From Balanoglossus misakiensis (taxonomy: Eukaryota; Animalia; Hemichordata): a DNA stretch of 64,000 nt. Below, piece by piece: positions 62,201 to 64,000 of this stretch. Position 1 is the first letter of the stretch, and the number at the start of each line of letters is the position of its first letter. The DNA is taken from the NCBI GenBank assembly GCA_040954595.2, contig CM082593.2, positions 6,913,579 through 6,977,578 on the forward strand, given 5' to 3'. The translations under genes and the position numbers were made by a program. The notes beneath the pieces were generated by a model. That model was not told the DNA's origin, did not search any database, and worked only from the letters and a program-made list of their open reading frames with translations.

Positions 62201-64000
62201 TTTTGAAAAAATCATGGGTTATAGCCCATGAAAATCATCAAAAATTTACGATTTTTCCACTTTGCGAGATATCAAAATTTTTTCATTTTTTTGAAAAAAA
62301 TCATGGGTTATAGCCCATGAAAATCATCCAAAAATGACGATTTTTCGACTTTGCGAGATATCAAAATTTCTTCATTTTTTTGAAAAAATCATGGGTTATA
62401 GCCCATGAAAATCATCCAAAAATGACGATTTTTCCACTTTGCGAGATATCAAAATTTCTTCATTTTTTTGAAAAAATCATGGGTTATAGCCCATGAAAAT
62501 CATCCAAAAATGACGATTTTTCCACTTTGCGAGATATCAAAATTTCTTCATTTTTTTGAAAAAATCATGGGTTATAGCCCATGAAAATCATCCAAAAATG
62601 ACGATTTTTCCACTTTGCGAGATATCAAAATTTCTTCATTTTTTTGAAAAAATCATGGGTTATAGCCCATGAAAATCATCCAAAAATGACGATTTTTCCA
62701 CTTTGCGAGATATCAAAATTTCTTCATTTTTTTGAAAAAATCATGGGTTATAGCCCATGAAAATCATCCAAAATTGACGATTTTTCGACTTTGCGAGATA
62801 TCAAAATTTCTTCATTTTTTTGAAAAAATCATGGGTTATAGCCATGAAAATCATCCAAAATTGACGATTTTTCCAATTTGCGAGATATCAAAATTTCTTC
62901 ATTTTTTCGAAAAAATCATGGGTTACAGCCCATGAAAATCATCAAAAATTGACGATTTTTCCAATTTGCGAGATATCAAAATTTCTTCATTTTTTTGAAA
63001 AAATCATGGGTTATAGCCCATGAAAATCATCCAAAATTGACGATTTTTCGACTTTGCGAGATATCAAAATTTCTTCATTGTTTTGAAAAAATCATGGGTT
63101 ATAGCCCATGAAAATCATCCAAAAATGACCATTTTTCGACTTTGCGAGATATCAAAATTTCTTCATTTTTTGAAAAAAATCGTGGGTTATAGCCCATGAA
63201 AATCATCCAAAAATGACCATTTTTCGACTTTGCGAGATATCAAAATTTCTTCATTTTTTTGAAAAAATCATGGGTTATAGCCCATGAAAATCATCCAAAA
63301 ATGACGATTTTTCCACTTTGCGAGATATCAAAATTTCTTCATTTTTTTGAAAAAATCATGGGTTATAGCCCATGAAAATCATCCAAAAATGACGATTTTT
63401 CCAATTTGCGAAGATATCAAAATTTCTTCTTTTTTTGAAAAAATCATGGGTTATAGCCCATGAAAATCATCCAAAATTGACGATTTTTCCAATTTGCGAG
63501 ATATCAAAATTTCTTCATTTTTTTGAAAAAATCATGGTTATAGCCCATGAAAATCATCCAAAATTGACGATTTTTCCAATTTGCGAGATATCAAAATTTC
63601 TTCATTTTTTTGAAAAAATCATGGGTTATAGCCCATGAAAATCATCCAAAAATGACGATTTTTCGACTTTGCGAGATATCAAAATTTCTTCATTGTTTTG
63701 AAAAAATCATGGGTTATAGCCCATGAAAATCATCCAAAAATGACGATTTTTCGACTTTGCGAGATATCAAAATTTCTTCATTTTTTTGAAAAAATCATGG
63801 GTTATAGCCCATGAAAATCATCCAAAAATGACCATTTTTCGACTTTGCGAGATATCAAAATTTCTTCATTTTTTTGAAAAAATCATGGGTTATAGCCCAT
63901 GAAAATCATCCAAAAATGACCATTTTTCGACTTTGCGAGATATCAAAATTTCTTCATTTTTTTGAAAAAATCATGGGTTATAGCCCATGAAAATCATCCA
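41197..64000. repeat. 88-bp tandem satellite DNA array, ~259 monomers, continuing past the window end
   Basis: Consensus CATGAAAATCATCCAAAAATGACGATTTTTCGACTTTGCGAGATATCAAAATTTCTTCATTTTTTTGAAAAAATCATGGGTTATAGCC, head-to-tail and highly homogeneous. One EcoRV site (GATATC) per monomer; no unique spacers. Confidence 0.98.

Noticed and set aside
42008-63638. Repetitive ORFs (KKSWVIAHENHPKMTIFRLCEISKFLHF...)
   Set aside because: Translation artefacts of the 88-bp monomer. They extend only where single-base indels make 87-bp units.
41197-64000. CRISPR-like array (palindromic repeat at regular spacing)
   Set aside because: The sequence between palindromes is the same in every unit (no unique spacers), there are no cas genes, and the context is intron-containing animal DNA.
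52200-64000. Higher rate of 1-bp homopolymer indels in the distal array as a biological signal
   Set aside because: The pattern is typical of long-read consensus error in poorly polished repeat sequence and cannot be separated from real variation without reads.

Overview
Eukaryotic genomic DNA from an animal. It is AT-rich with GT-AG introns. The gene set suggests an invertebrate deuterostome, possibly an enteropneust hemichordate, but this is inference. Bases 1-41 kb hold five spliced genes whose exons I assembled by hand in phase: an SLC9B/NHA Na+/H+ antiporter (+, 11 coding exons, 601 aa), an unidentified PH-domain protein with one coding exon (-, 245 aa), a CISD/mitoNEET-type CDGSH iron-sulfur protein (-, 3 exons, 107 aa), and two tail-to-tail UBE2D E2 paralogs (147 aa each; one canonical, one about 78% identical to it). 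The arrangement SLC9B> <CISD UBE2D> matches human 4q24. From ~41.2 kb to the window end is an 88-bp, dyad-rich satellite array (~259 monomers) with local higher-order duplications, starting ~0.5 kb upstream of the second UBE2D. Best leads: (1) a duplicated, stop-containing UBE2D exon 4 placed like a sterically mutually exclusive poison exon, with a possible counterpart in the paralog; (2) a 1-kb tandem duplication carrying a perfect DR5 nuclear-receptor element upstream of the PH gene; (3) palindromic satellite precursors at the array edge. There are no CRISPR or prokaryotic systems.
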